Positions 38,949-48,504 of a DNA stretch of 64,000 nt are shown here, piece by piece (positions within the stretch are counted from its first letter, which is position 1; each line of letters opens with the position of its first letter). The notes under the pieces are model-generated. The model was not told where the DNA came from and ran no database searches. It saw nothing but the letters and a program-made list of their open reading frames with translations. The DNA comes from Candidatus Omnitrophota bacterium (GTDB taxonomy: Bacteria > Omnitrophota > Gorgyraeia > JAGLLT01). The stretch is taken from assembly GCA_030632085.1 (NCBI GenBank), contig DAOVJY010000002.1, positions 141,325-205,324 of the forward strand, written 5' to 3'. A program made the position numbers and the translations under genes.

Positions 38949-39548
38949 TTGAAAATGATAAATAATGACAAAAAGCGCGTAAGCCAAGAAATAGTCAAAC
39001 ATTTCAAAGATAATTCTGACGCACTCAGGCAGCGGTGGGTGAAAGAGATGACAGCCAGTGGATTGCTGAACCATTTAACTCTAGATGAAGTGGAAACAGA
39101 ATCCCAAGTGATTTATAATACATGTGTTAGCTGTTTCGCGACGGGAAATTATAAAGGGGCCGAAAAATACGCGCAGGCAATGGCGGAAAAAGGTGTGCTT
39201 GAAGGTATGAAAACGGAAGAAATAATCGGGGGAATGCTTACTTTGAGAGATGTGTACGGAAGGTCGCTTTTTTACAAGTATCGAGAGAAACAAGCTATTT
39301 TAGATGAAATGCTTATGCTATATGAACCTGTTGCCAATAAAATTTTGTCAATTGTGGCCATGGCTTTTGTTGAAGAAAAAACAAGGAACTTAGAAGAGAG
39401 GGTTAAGGAGAGAACCAGTGAATTGGAAGAAAAAATCAAGGAGCTCGAGAAGTTTAGCCGTCTGACCGTAGGAAGAGAACTAAGGATGATGGAATTAAAG
39501 AAGACAATAAAAGAGATAAAGAGCAAATCAGAGGAACCGGGAAAATAA
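38949..39548 (+). CDS. Small cytoplasmic protein whose C-terminus is paralogous to the C-terminus of the preceding sensor-like protein (ERTSELEEKIKELEKFSRLTVGRELRMMELKKTIKEIK)
   Basis: The shared motif EEKI.ELEKF..L.V.REL.M..LK..I is visible by eye. No other domain is recognised. Confidence 0.45.
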   Translation: MKMINNDKKRVSQEIVKHFKDNSDALRQRWVKEMTASGLLNHLTLDEVETESQVIYNTCVSCFATGNYKGAEKYAQAMAEKGVLEGMKTEEIIGGMLTLRDVYGRSLFYKYREKQAILDEMLMLYEPVANKILSIVAMAFVEEKTRNLEERVKERTSELEEKIKELEKFSRLTVGRELRMMELKKTIKEIKSKSEEPGK

Positions 39549-39549
39549 T

Positions 39550-41505
39550 ATGAATTGGCTAATTCCGGCTATTTCAATTGATTGCGGCATTAAGCTTGCC
39601 ATTTCACTTATTCTTTTTGTGAGGTATTTTGAAGTCAAAGAGAAAATGATTTTTTGGTGGGCGGTAGCTTGGCTCTTATTCGGATTTCACGCCTTAACGG
39701 AATTATTAATTATTGAGACAGGTAATGAGTCTCTCTGGTTTATACGCCACATTTTCTATGCTTCGACAGCCGTGGCTTTTTTAGAAAGTGTAGCTAATAT
39801 GCGCCAGCCGGTATCAAAAAAATGGCACGCGGCCGCCATCATAATGGCTCTAAGCATTATAGTAGTTTCTTATATAGGGGTTTTTGTAGTTAAGGATTGG
39901 TTTACGGCAGCTTTTCCTGTTTCGCTTTTTAGCGGCTTGGGTTTTATAGCCTGTGGTTTTTATTTTTTTAAAATGACTAAGGAAAAAAAATCCGTGGCAT
40001 GCTGGTTAATTTTACTCGGTTTTTTCCTAAACGGGCTTCATAATATTGATTATCCCTTCCTTAGGCCGCTTGAGTGGTTTGCTCCGATAGGTTTTGGCAT
40101 GGGGGTATTTTTTTCTTTGATATTTGCTGTTGGCTTAATAGCGATGTCAACGGAAGAATTAAGACGGCAAAAAGATGAAAGTCAGCGAAAAGTCAAAGGC
40201 CAAGCGGTTCTTACCGCTATCTTTGGGTTGGTGAGCCGTTCACTAAATTTGCGAGAAATTTTAGATGATGTTTTAGATAGAGTATTAGAGGTGATAAAAG
40301 TAGATAGCGGATATATATTTCTACTGGATAAAGAGAAGGCGGAATTAAATCTTAAGGTTTATCGGGGTATTGAGGCTGAATACGTCAAAAGTATTAGCCG
40401 GCAAAAATTAACCAAAAAAAGCATTTACGCAGAGGTTGCTCAAGGAAAAGAGCCGATTGTAATCGCGAATATTTCCGAATATCCGCAATTTACAATAAAT
40501 AATTTGGGTAAAAAAGATATTCGTTCTTTTGCCTGTATCCCACTTATATCAAAGGGAAAAGTGATGGGAATCTTGAGTTTATCAAGCTGCGATTATTACC
40601 GGCTTGTACCTGAAGAAATGCAATTGCTTAAGTCCATAGGTGATGCTGTAGGAGTTGCCATTGAAAATGCTATGTTGTATGAAACGCTCAAAAATTGGAA
40701 TGAAGAGTTGGGAGGGGTTATTGAAGAGAGGACGAAAGATTTGAGCGATGCCAGAAAAGCTACTCTGAATATATTGGAGGATATAGATGAAGCTTATAAG
40801 CAATTAAAAGAAGCGCAAGTCCGATTGGTTCAAGGGGAACGGTTGGCGGCTATCGGACAGATGTCAGCCGTTATTGGCCATGAACTAAGAAACCCCTTAA
40901 CCGGAATTAAAATGGCCTCGTATTTTTTAAACGAAAAATTGAGCAAAGCCGCTCCCGAGCTTGTTAAAACAGTGCAGGATGTTGAAAAAGAAGTGGAAAG
41001 AGCTTCAACAATTATAACCAATATCCTGGAATTTTCCAGGCCTCTTAATTTGGTTATAAATCCGGTTGATATAAATGTTTTAATAGAAGATGCTATAAAA
41101 TCGGCTAGAGAAAAAAAATGGCTCGAAGGCATTGAAGTTATTAAAGATTTGCAGTTTTCTTACGATGAAGTATCTTTAGACGCTTTTCGATTTAGGCAGG
41201 TTTTAGATAACATAATTTTAAATGCTCACCAGTCAATGCCCACAGGGGGAAAGCTGACACTGAGTACAAAAAAAGTTAATAATAGGATAGAAATTAGAAT
41301 TAGCGATACCGGAGTTGGTATTGCTGAAGAAGATCTCAAGAAGATTCTTGAGCCTTTTTTTACTAAGAGGCACAAGGGTGTAGGCTTGGGATTGGCTGTT
41401 GTTCGTGAAGTGGTTAAAGCGCATAATGGCAGTATAAATGTAGATAGTGAAATGGGTAAAGGGAGTACATTTATCATCAGACTTCCATTAAAGGAGGAGA
41501 GTTGA
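39550..41505 (+). CDS. Sensor histidine kinase: N-terminal 7TM region, GAF domain, HisKA (H-box) and HATPase_c
   Basis: 7 hydrophobic helices in the first 200 aa. GAF …VIKVDSGYIFLLD…. H-box LAAIGQMSAVIGHELRNPLTGI. G2 box DTGVGIAEEDL…GLGLAVVRE. Confidence 0.85.
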   Translation: MNWLIPAISIDCGIKLAISLILFVRYFEVKEKMIFWWAVAWLLFGFHALTELLIIETGNESLWFIRHIFYASTAVAFLESVANMRQPVSKKWHAAAIIMALSIIVVSYIGVFVVKDWFTAAFPVSLFSGLGFIACGFYFFKMTKEKKSVACWLILLGFFLNGLHNIDYPFLRPLEWFAPIGFGMGVFFSLIFAVGLIAMSTEELRRQKDESQRKVKGQAVLTAIFGLVSRSLNLREILDDVLDRVLEVIKVDSGYIFLLDKEKAELNLKVYRGIEAEYVKSISRQKLTKKSIYAEVAQGKEPIVIANISEYPQFTINNLGKKDIRSFACIPLISKGKVMGILSLSSCDYYRLVPEEMQLLKSIGDAVGVAIENAMLYETLKNWNEELGGVIEERTKDLSDARKATLNILEDIDEAYKQLKEAQVRLVQGERLAAIGQMSAVIGHELRNPLTGIKMASYFLNEKLSKAAPELVKTVQDVEKEVERASTIITNILEFSRPLNLVINPVDINVLIEDAIKSAREKKWLEGIEVIKDLQFSYDEVSLDAFRFRQVLDNIILNAHQSMPTGGKLTLSTKKVNNRIEIRISDTGVGIAEEDLKKILEPFFTKRHKGVGLGLAVVREVVKAHNGSINVDSEMGKGSTFIIRLPLKEES

Positions 41506-41509
41506 GGGT

Positions 41510-41983
41510 ATGAGGACTGTAATTGGAAATCTTTTTATTGGTGGAGAAATTAAAAAAAATAAGGCGATTAATTTAAAAAAGAATGAGCTGCAAAAAAATG
41601 AGCGTTCGGCGAATCCTATTAAGATTTTAATTGTTGAAGATGAAGCCATCACCAGAGAAACTTTTGCCGATATATTGAAACATTATGGCTTTAGAGTTGA
41701 AACCGCTAAAAGCGGCCGTCAAGCTATAGAAAAAGCTAAGAAGGAATTTTTTAACATTGCTATTATTGATATAGTCTTAGGTGAAATAAGCGGAGTAGAT
41801 ACGCTTAAGATGGTAAAAAGTATTAATTCTCTTACAGTTTGTATTATGATGACAGCTTATTGTGTTGAAGGTGTTTTTGAGGAATCACTAAAGGCGGGAG
41901 CTCTTACATGTATTTATAAGCCATTTAATATTGATAAAATTATCAGCCTTATTAAAAAAAGTTGCAATAGAGGAGTTCATTAA
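41510..41983 (+). CDS. Single-domain response regulator (CheY-like receiver)
   Basis: ILIVEDEAITRETFADIL…IAIIDIVLGEISG…IMMTAY…KPF. Confidence 0.8.
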   Translation: MRTVIGNLFIGGEIKKNKAINLKKNELQKNERSANPIKILIVEDEAITRETFADILKHYGFRVETAKSGRQAIEKAKKEFFNIAIIDIVLGEISGVDTLKMVKSINSLTVCIMMTAYCVEGVFEESLKAGALTCIYKPFNIDKIISLIKKSCNRGVH

Positions 41984-43410
41984 TGAGTAGAGACGCGAAA
42001 GATAAAATGAAAATTTTATTAGTGGAAGATGAAGAAGTCACAAGAAAGACGCTTAAACTTATTCTTGAAGAAGAAGGATATGAAGTTATTGCTTTTGAAC
42101 TGGGATATGAGGCCGTAGATGAAGCAAAGCAAAATTTTTATAACGCGGCTGTTATAGATTTAACATTAATAGATATGGATGGGTTGGAGGTTTTGCAGAG
42201 GATAAAAAAGTCTATACCTGATATTTGCGGTATTATTATGACGGCTTATCCTTCAATTAAGACAACCATAGAGGCCATAGAAGCGGAGGCATATGACTAT
42301 ATTATTAAGCCTTATAAAGTTGAGGTAATGAAATCTATTATTCGTAAAGGCCTGGAAAGGCAAAAACTTGTAATAGAAAACAAGAAATTGCTGAAGAATC
42401 TTAAATTAGACAAAGATAAGCTTGAGCATATTTTACTTATCGGAAAAAGTATGAGTTCTATTTTAAATTTGGACGATTTAGTTAATTTTATTGTTCGTAA
42501 GGTTGTTGAGCTTATTCCGGCGGAAAAAGCGTCCCTGCTGCTTATTGATGAGAAAACCGGTGACTTGGTTATTGAAGCGGCTACGGGATTAGATAGTGCT
42601 GTTGTAAAAGGGAAAAAGGTTGCTATGGAGAATACGATTTCGGGGACGGTAGTGCAGCGGGGAGAAGCATTGTTGATAGAGGATATTGAAAAAAGCAGAC
42701 ATCTTAGAAATAAACATTTACATAGATATAAAACCAAGTCATTTTTGAGCGTGCCGCTGCATGTAAAAAATAAAGTAACAGGTGTTTTTAATATTGCTGA
42801 TAAGACTTCTTCAAACATTGATATATTTACGGAAGATGATTTTAAAGTGCTTTCTGTTATTATTCATCAGGCCGCGGTTGCCATCGAGAACGCCAAATTA
42901 TATAAAAAGGCGACTCATCTAGCCGTTACGGACGGGCTGACAGGTCTTTTTAATCATCGTTTTTTTCATGAGCGTTTGGGTGAGGAGATAGACCGTCTCC
43001 ATCGTTATGGTGGAATTCTTTCGCTTATAATGTTTGATGTGGACTGGTTTAAGGAATATAATGATACTTATGGCCACCTTTGCGGAGATATGGCTTTAAA
43101 TGATATCGCCGATATTTTAAGAATTTCAAACAGAAAAGTTGATGTGACATGCCGATATGGAGGAGAAGAGTTTGTGATGATTTTGCCGGGAACCAATGAA
43201 AAAGGAGCGCAAATTTTAGCCGAAAAGATAAGGCAAATAGTTGAAAAACATCATTTCATTGATAAGGACAAATTGCGAAGCAGATTAACTGTAAGTGTCG
43301 GTGTATCTGAATATAAGGAAAAAATTACCAAGGAAGAATTTATCAAAAGAGTGGATGAGGCAATGTATAAAGCAAAGAAAATGGGTAAGAATAAAGTATC
43401 TATTTATTAA
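41983..43410 (+). CDS. Response regulator receiver + GAF + GGDEF diguanylate cyclase
   Basis: REC ILLVEDEEVTRKTL…AVIDLTLIDMDG. Central GAF domain. The GGDEF domain has RYGGEEF and the I-site context. ATGA overlap with the upstream gene. Confidence 0.85.
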   Translation: MSRDAKDKMKILLVEDEEVTRKTLKLILEEEGYEVIAFELGYEAVDEAKQNFYNAAVIDLTLIDMDGLEVLQRIKKSIPDICGIIMTAYPSIKTTIEAIEAEAYDYIIKPYKVEVMKSIIRKGLERQKLVIENKKLLKNLKLDKDKLEHILLIGKSMSSILNLDDLVNFIVRKVVELIPAEKASLLLIDEKTGDLVIEAATGLDSAVVKGKKVAMENTISGTVVQRGEALLIEDIEKSRHLRNKHLHRYKTKSFLSVPLHVKNKVTGVFNIADKTSSNIDIFTEDDFKVLSVIIHQAAVAIENAKLYKKATHLAVTDGLTGLFNHRFFHERLGEEIDRLHRYGGILSLIMFDVDWFKEYNDTYGHLCGDMALNDIADILRISNRKVDVTCRYGGEEFVMILPGTNEKGAQILAEKIRQIVEKHHFIDKDKLRSRLTVSVGVSEYKEKITKEEFIKRVDEAMYKAKKMGKNKVSIY

Positions 43411-43685
43411 CTCTTTGCGATGGTTGTGCTTAAAATATGAAAAGAAAGATTAAGAAGTTAAGTTGCAAGAAAAAACAGGAAATCGTAGATTTCCCGGGAC
43501 TAAATCTTGGGAATTTTACAGTATAAAATTCCGCAGGGCATCCGAAATAGGCTTTGCCTATTTCCCTCAAAAATAATCTTTTTGTTTAGGGTTCATCAAG
43601 TTTAGGACTCTTGCCTGCCTGCGTTCAAACCTCCTTTTTTATTTAAAAAAAAAGAATTAAAAAAGGACAAATAGGAAAAATTCAC

Positions 43686-43729
43686 TTGACAGATTTTTCG
43701 CCTTATGTTATAAAGATATTCTAATATCT
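43686..43729 (+). promoter_or_regulatory. Sigma70-type promoter (TTGACA 43686-43691, 17 nt spacer, TATAAA 43709-43714) followed by a perfect 7-2-7 inverted repeat AGATATT-CT-AATATCT (43714-43729), the likely ArsR-family operator
   Basis: Read directly. ArsR/SmtB regulators typically autoregulate through inverted repeats overlapping their promoter. Confidence 0.5.
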
Positions 43730-43748
43730 GAATATGAAGGAGGTTAAA

Positions 43749-44033
43749 ATGAATGCTATCGATTACAGAAAAGTTTCTGATTTTTTCAATGTCTTTTCTC
43801 ATCCTACTCGTGTCGAGATGATCATAGAATTGCTGAAAGGTAAAAAATGTGTCAGCGATATAAGAGAGTTGTTGGAGTTAAATCAACCGAATGTTTCACA
43901 GCATCTATCTTTATTAAGATTAAATGACATTGTTGACTGGTGCCAGGAAGGAAAGAGAAAATGTTACTTTTTAAAAAATCCTCAATTGATAAAGGTCATT
44001 TTTGATGTATTGAAGAAAAATAAATTATTATAA
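43749..44033 (+). CDS. ArsR/SmtB family transcriptional regulator
   Basis: HTH FSHPTRVEMIIELLKGKKCVSDIRELLELNQPNVSQHLSLLR. RBS AAGGAGG sits upstream of ATG 43749; the ORF is open from 43734. Confidence 0.8.
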   Translation: MNAIDYRKVSDFFNVFSHPTRVEMIIELLKGKKCVSDIRELLELNQPNVSQHLSLLRLNDIVDWCQEGKRKCYFLKNPQLIKVIFDVLKKNKLL

Positions 44034-44306
44034 TCTTGAATAAAAGATTATGTTGTGAAAGTTCTTCAAAACAGGATAACTTTCCCGTTATTCTTTATCC
44101 CCAGCTTTTAGGGCTTGCTTTAGCCGCAGACCCAGTAAAAGATATGGGCCTTAATTTACATGCAGTTTCGGTGAATACGGTTTTGGAGAAAATAGCATAG
44201 GCAGAAATTATCAGTTGTAGAATATACAGATACGGCTTTAATCGATAGCATAAAGGAAATCTGGAGAAAAGTAAGCAAAACTATTTAAATTTAAGGAGAT
44301 ACTTGA

Positions 44307-44666
44307 ATGCCATGGATTGACAAAGATGGATGTGTTGGCTGCGGGATATGCGTAGAGAAGTGTCCTATAGGGGCAATTTCGATGGATGACGAGAGGGCAA
44401 AGATAAATATGGAAAAGTGTATTCATTGCGGTACTTGCCATAGCGTATGCCCGCAAGAGGCAGTGAGACATGATAGCGAGAAAATACCGGAGAATATAAA
44501 GGCTAATGTAGAACAGACGAAGAAATTTATGGAAGCCTGCGTAAAATATCTTGGGGATGACAAGGAAGGGCAGAAATGTTTAAATAGGATGATAAAACAT
44601 TTTAACAAGGAAAAGATTGTTGCGGAAAAGACCCTGGAAGAGCTTGAGAAATTGAGATATGAATGA
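44307..44666 (+). CDS. 2x[4Fe-4S] ferredoxin-domain protein
   Basis: CVGCGICVEKCP and CIHCGTCHSVCP cysteine clusters. Confidence 0.75.
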   Translation: MPWIDKDGCVGCGICVEKCPIGAISMDDERAKINMEKCIHCGTCHSVCPQEAVRHDSEKIPENIKANVEQTKKFMEACVKYLGDDKEGQKCLNRMIKHFNKEKIVAEKTLEELEKLRYE

Positions 44667-44672
44667 GGAATA

Positions 44673-45173
44673 ATGAAGCGTACATTTAAATTTTGTCCTT
44701 TATGTAAAGACCCTCTGCGCGGGAAGCAGGTAGACGGCCGCAAGAGATTGGTTTGCCAAAAATGCGGCTGGATACATTATAAAAATCCCTTACCCGTTGT
44801 GGTTTGCGCGGCGAAGAAGAAAGATGGTAAAATACTTATAACAAAGAGAAACCTTAGCCCGGGTATAAATAAATGGGCTCTCCCCGGCGGGTTTATTGAA
44901 TCAGGCGAAACCTCTGAAACTGCCTGCTTAAGGGAATTAGAAGAAGAAACAGGCCTAAAAGGCAAAATCAAAAGATTAATAGGTGTTTATATCCAGAAGA
45001 CCAGAGAATATGGCTCACTTCTTATTATTGGTTATGAGGTTAGTGTTTCTAAATGTAACCTATCATTAAATAATGAATTGAAAGATGCAAGATTTTTCAG
45101 CAAGAAAAATTTACCCATTATACCATTTTCATCCCACAGAAAAATAATAGAAAAGATTTTTGAAAGTGTATGA
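44673..45173 (+). CDS. NUDIX hydrolase with N-terminal C4 zinc ribbon (NudC-like minimal architecture)
   Basis: CPLCKDPL…CQKCGW, then the Nudix box GGFIESGETSETACLRELEEETGL. Confidence 0.8.
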   Translation: MKRTFKFCPLCKDPLRGKQVDGRKRLVCQKCGWIHYKNPLPVVVCAAKKKDGKILITKRNLSPGINKWALPGGFIESGETSETACLRELEEETGLKGKIKRLIGVYIQKTREYGSLLIIGYEVSVSKCNLSLNNELKDARFFSKKNLPIIPFSSHRKIIEKIFESV

Positions 45174-45247
45174 TAAATTTAAATAACATATAATATATCT
45201 GAGCAGGTATCTCTGGACTGCGTGTTTTTAAAGGAGGTTTATTAAAA

Positions 45248-45958
45248 ATGAGTGATGTTTTGCAAATTCTGACTGCTTTTGGCGCGGGGCTTTTATCATT
45301 TTTTTCACCGTGCATATTGCCTCTTCTTCCCGTGTATATTTGTTTTATGACCGGGTTGTCGGTTGAAGAACTAAGTATGTCTAAAGAGAGGGGTTTTGGG
45401 AAGACAAAGTCCGTTTTGCCCGAATGTTTGTTGTTTATCCTGGGTTTTTCCATAGTTTTTATTATTTTAGGCGCTTCAGCCACCCTTTTGGGATCATTTT
45501 TAAATTCACTTTTGTTTAAATATCAGAAGATGATAAAAATAATCAGTGGATTAGTAGTAATTCTTTTTGGATTGCATATAAGCGGTTTACTTAGTGTAAA
45601 GTTTTTACAATATGAGAAAAAGTTTCACCTTAGCAATAAGCCTGTAAATAAATTCAGCTCTTTTTTAGTAGGTGTAATTTTTGGTTTTGGCTGGACGCCC
45701 TGCGTCGGGCCTATATTAGGCGGCATACTTGTGTTGGCTTCCACCAAAGACAGTGTATCCAAAGGCATATTGCTCTTAAGCTTCTATTCTTTGGGATTAG
45801 GGTTGCCATTTTTTCTTTTGAGCATAGGGATGAAGTATATGTTAGGCGTATTTTCAAAGGTAAAAAGGTATTTTAAGCCTATCTCAATTGTAAGCGGTGT
45901 TTTACTTGTTGTTATAGGAATAGGAATTATAATTTCGGGTTTTTTGAAAGGGGGATAA
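45248..45958 (+). CDS. ccdA: Cytochrome c-type biogenesis protein CcdA (DsbD-like transmembrane thiol-disulfide transporter)
   Basis: LSFFSPCILPLLPVY…GFGWTPCVGPILGGIL; 6 TM. Confidence 0.85.
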   Translation: MSDVLQILTAFGAGLLSFFSPCILPLLPVYICFMTGLSVEELSMSKERGFGKTKSVLPECLLFILGFSIVFIILGASATLLGSFLNSLLFKYQKMIKIISGLVVILFGLHISGLLSVKFLQYEKKFHLSNKPVNKFSSFLVGVIFGFGWTPCVGPILGGILVLASTKDSVSKGILLLSFYSLGLGLPFFLLSIGMKYMLGVFSKVKRYFKPISIVSGVLLVVIGIGIIISGFLKGG

Positions 45959-45960
45959 AA

Positions 45961-46482
45961 ATGCGTGGAAAAATAACAAGTATATTGGTTTTATTAGGGC
46001 TTTTTGTTTTTTTAATAGCGGGGCGGGAAAAGCCGCTATTTTTACAGTTTGCTGAAGCGGGAGAGAAAAATAAGCCGGCTGCCGATTTTGTATTGGCGGA
46101 TCTTGATGGGAAAAGCCTAAAGCTTTTTGATTTTGAAGGTAAAGTAATTATCCTTGATTTCTGGGCTACACACTGTCCGCCATGTCGAAAAGAAATCCCT
46201 GATTTTATTAAGCTGTATGATAAATACAGGGATAAAGGATTGGTAATAATTGGCATAAGCCTTGATAGGTGCGGTGTGGAAAAAGTAAAAAGTTTCTGCA
46301 GGGAGAATGGAGTAAATTATCCTGTTGTAACAGGTGACCGTGAAGTAATTGCAAGCTACGGCGGCATTAGATATATTCCCACCACTTTTATTATTGATAA
46401 AAACAAAAATATAGTTAAAAAATTTATAGGCTATACGTCTATTAATGTTTTTGAACGTGAGATTAAGGCGCTTTTAGAGTAG
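45961..46482 (+). CDS. TlpA/ResA-like periplasmic thiol:disulfide oxidoreductase (thioredoxin fold, membrane anchored)
   Basis: WATHCPPCRKEIP active site with an N-terminal signal anchor. ATGC overlap with ccdA. Confidence 0.8.
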   Translation: MRGKITSILVLLGLFVFLIAGREKPLFLQFAEAGEKNKPAADFVLADLDGKSLKLFDFEGKVIILDFWATHCPPCRKEIPDFIKLYDKYRDKGLVIIGISLDRCGVEKVKSFCRENGVNYPVVTGDREVIASYGGIRYIPTTFIIDKNKNIVKKFIGYTSINVFEREIKALLE

Positions 46483-46516
46483 AAAACCGCGTATAGATAA
46501 AAGAGGAGAAAGATAA

Positions 46517-47884
46517 GTGGATCAGACAAAAAGAATAGTTGTGATAGGATGTTCTGGAGCTGGAGCGTCGGCGGCGAAAATGGTAAAAAAATTAAAACCT
46601 TCTTTAGATGTAACAATAATAAGAGAACAAGAAGAAAGAGGGCTTTTAACCAGGTGCGCTACTCCTTATATTGCTAGCGGGAATGTAACAGTTGATTCTT
46701 CATATAAGGATGATAAAATTTTTTCAGAACAAGGTATAAAATTAGTAAACGTAAAAGCTGTTGGCGTAGATCGAAAAGCTAAAAAAGTAACAACCGCGGA
46801 TGGAATTTCATATCTTTATGATAAACTTATTTTGACAACCGGCGCGAGGCCTGTAATCCTCCCAATTTCAGGAATTGATTTACCGGGAGTATTTACTCTG
46901 CGAACGAGTGGAGACGCGATTAATATATTAAATTGGGTGAATTCAAAACGTGTAAAGAATGTGGTTGTAATAGGGGCTGGCGCGATAGGAATAGAAATTG
47001 CTTATTTGATTGCGCAGCATGGCGTAAATATTGTTCTCGTGGAAATGCTTGAACATATTATGCAAATGGTTTTAGATTCAGATATGAGTAAAGAAGTAGA
47101 GAAGTATATTAAGGAAAAGAAGATTGGGTTAAAGTTAAATCAAAAGGCCAAATCTATCATCGGCCAGAAAAAAGTAAAGGGCGTTGAATTATCTTTAGGT
47201 AAGAAAGTAAAAGCAGAGATGGTAATTGTTTCAGGGGGCATACAGCCTAATATTGAGTTGGCTCAAAAGGCAGGTTTAAAAATAGGACGATTGGGGTTAA
47301 AGGTAAATGATAATTTACAGACCTCGGATGCGGATATTTATGCCGCCGGAGATTTAATAGAGTATAAAAGTTTTATTACCGGTAAGCCAATGTTTGGGCA
47401 ATTAAGGCCAAATGCTGTAATTAGCGGAAGAATAGCGGCAAAAAATATTTTAGGCTACAATGTAAAATTTCCCGGATTAATAAACAGTTTTGCCACAAAG
47501 TTTTTTGATAAATCAATTGCCGGATGCGGGATTACAGAATCAGAAGCGAAAGAAAATGAAATTGATGTAATCAGCGCGAGGCAGAGTTCGATAAGTAAAC
47601 ATTCTATGATGAGGGATAAAAAACCTTATGTAGTTAAGCTTGTATTTAATAAGCAGACGAAGAAGATTATAGGCGGTCAGATAGTTAGCGATAGCGGATG
47701 TCCGGTTAAACATATTGATGTTATAGCATTGGCGATAAAGTGCGGTTTGACCGCTTTAGATTTGACAACTTTAAGATGTGCTGGACAACCGGAGCTTTCA
47801 CCTGATCCGGGTATTGAACCGTTATCTTTAGCGGCAGAGAGTGTATTTGAGAGATTATATAACAGAACTGGAAATGGTAAGTGA
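46517..47884 (+). CDS. FAD-dependent pyridine nucleotide-disulfide oxidoreductase (CoA-disulfide reductase / NADH oxidase family, single redox Cys)
   Basis: [14 protein letters not shown]…TRCATPY…; Rossmann [15 protein letters not shown] start with RBS AGAGGAG. Confidence 0.75.
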   Translation: MDQTKRIVVIGCSGAGASAAKMVKKLKPSLDVTIIREQEERGLLTRCATPYIASGNVTVDSSYKDDKIFSEQGIKLVNVKAVGVDRKAKKVTTADGISYLYDKLILTTGARPVILPISGIDLPGVFTLRTSGDAINILNWVNSKRVKNVVVIGAGAIGIEIAYLIAQHGVNIVLVEMLEHIMQMVLDSDMSKEVEKYIKEKKIGLKLNQKAKSIIGQKKVKGVELSLGKKVKAEMVIVSGGIQPNIELAQKAGLKIGRLGLKVNDNLQTSDADIYAAGDLIEYKSFITGKPMFGQLRPNAVISGRIAAKNILGYNVKFPGLINSFATKFFDKSIAGCGITESEAKENEIDVISARQSSISKHSMMRDKKPYVVKLVFNKQTKKIIGGQIVSDSGCPVKHIDVIALAIKCGLTALDLTTLRCAGQPELSPDPGIEPLSLAAESVFERLYNRTGNGK

Positions 47885-47906
47885 GAAACCTAAAGGAGAT
47901 GAACAA

Positions 47907-48239
47907 ATGGAAGTTAGAGAAGTCGAGATTAATGTAACCGACGCGAATTTTAAGCAGGAGGTATTAGAATCAGATATTCCTGTTTTGGTGGACTTCTGGG
48001 CCCAATGGTGCGGGCCCTGTCATATGATTGCCCCGGCAGTTAAAGCTATAGCCGGGGAATATAAAGAAAAACTGAAGGTGTGCAAAGTAAATGTGGATGA
48101 AGCTCCTGCCGCTGCTTCCGAATATAGCATTATGAGCATACCCACGTTGGCAATTTTTAAAAATGGCAAGATAGTAGATAAAGTTATAGGAGTTGTTCCT
48201 AAAGCGCAGCTTGAAGCTGCTATTAATCACCACATTTGA
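47907..48239 (+). CDS. trxA: Thioredoxin
   Basis: [21 protein letters not shown] 47907 after AAGGAG; the ORF is open from 47841. Confidence 0.9.
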   Translation: MEVREVEINVTDANFKQEVLESDIPVLVDFWAQWCGPCHMIAPAVKAIAGEYKEKLKVCKVNVDEAPAAASEYSIMSIPTLAIFKNGKIVDKVIGVVPKAQLEAAINHHI

Positions 48240-48275
48240 TTGAAACAAACTCAAAATTAAGAAAAAATAGGAGTA

Positions 48276-48476
48276 ATGGCTATGCCGGTGTATACATATG
48301 TCTGTGAAGATTGCGGTGAAAAATTTGATTTGTTGATTGGAATGACTTCTGAAAAGGTAGAGCTTAAATGTAATAAATGCGGTAGTAAGAAAATTAAGAA
48401 AACATTCAGTTCTTTTAGTGTAAAAAGTTCAAATTCTTCCGGGCCGAGCTGCCCGACAGGAAGCTGTAACCTTTAA
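48276..48476 (+). CDS. FmdB-family zinc-ribbon protein
   Basis: MPVYTYVCEDCGEKFD…CNKCGS…; the C-terminal SGPSCPTGSCNL is typical of the family. Confidence 0.6.
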   Translation: MAMPVYTYVCEDCGEKFDLLIGMTSEKVELKCNKCGSKKIKKTFSSFSVKSSNSSGPSCPTGSCNL

Positions 48477-48504
48477 AATATTCAAAAGTTAAGGAGATGA
48501 ACAA

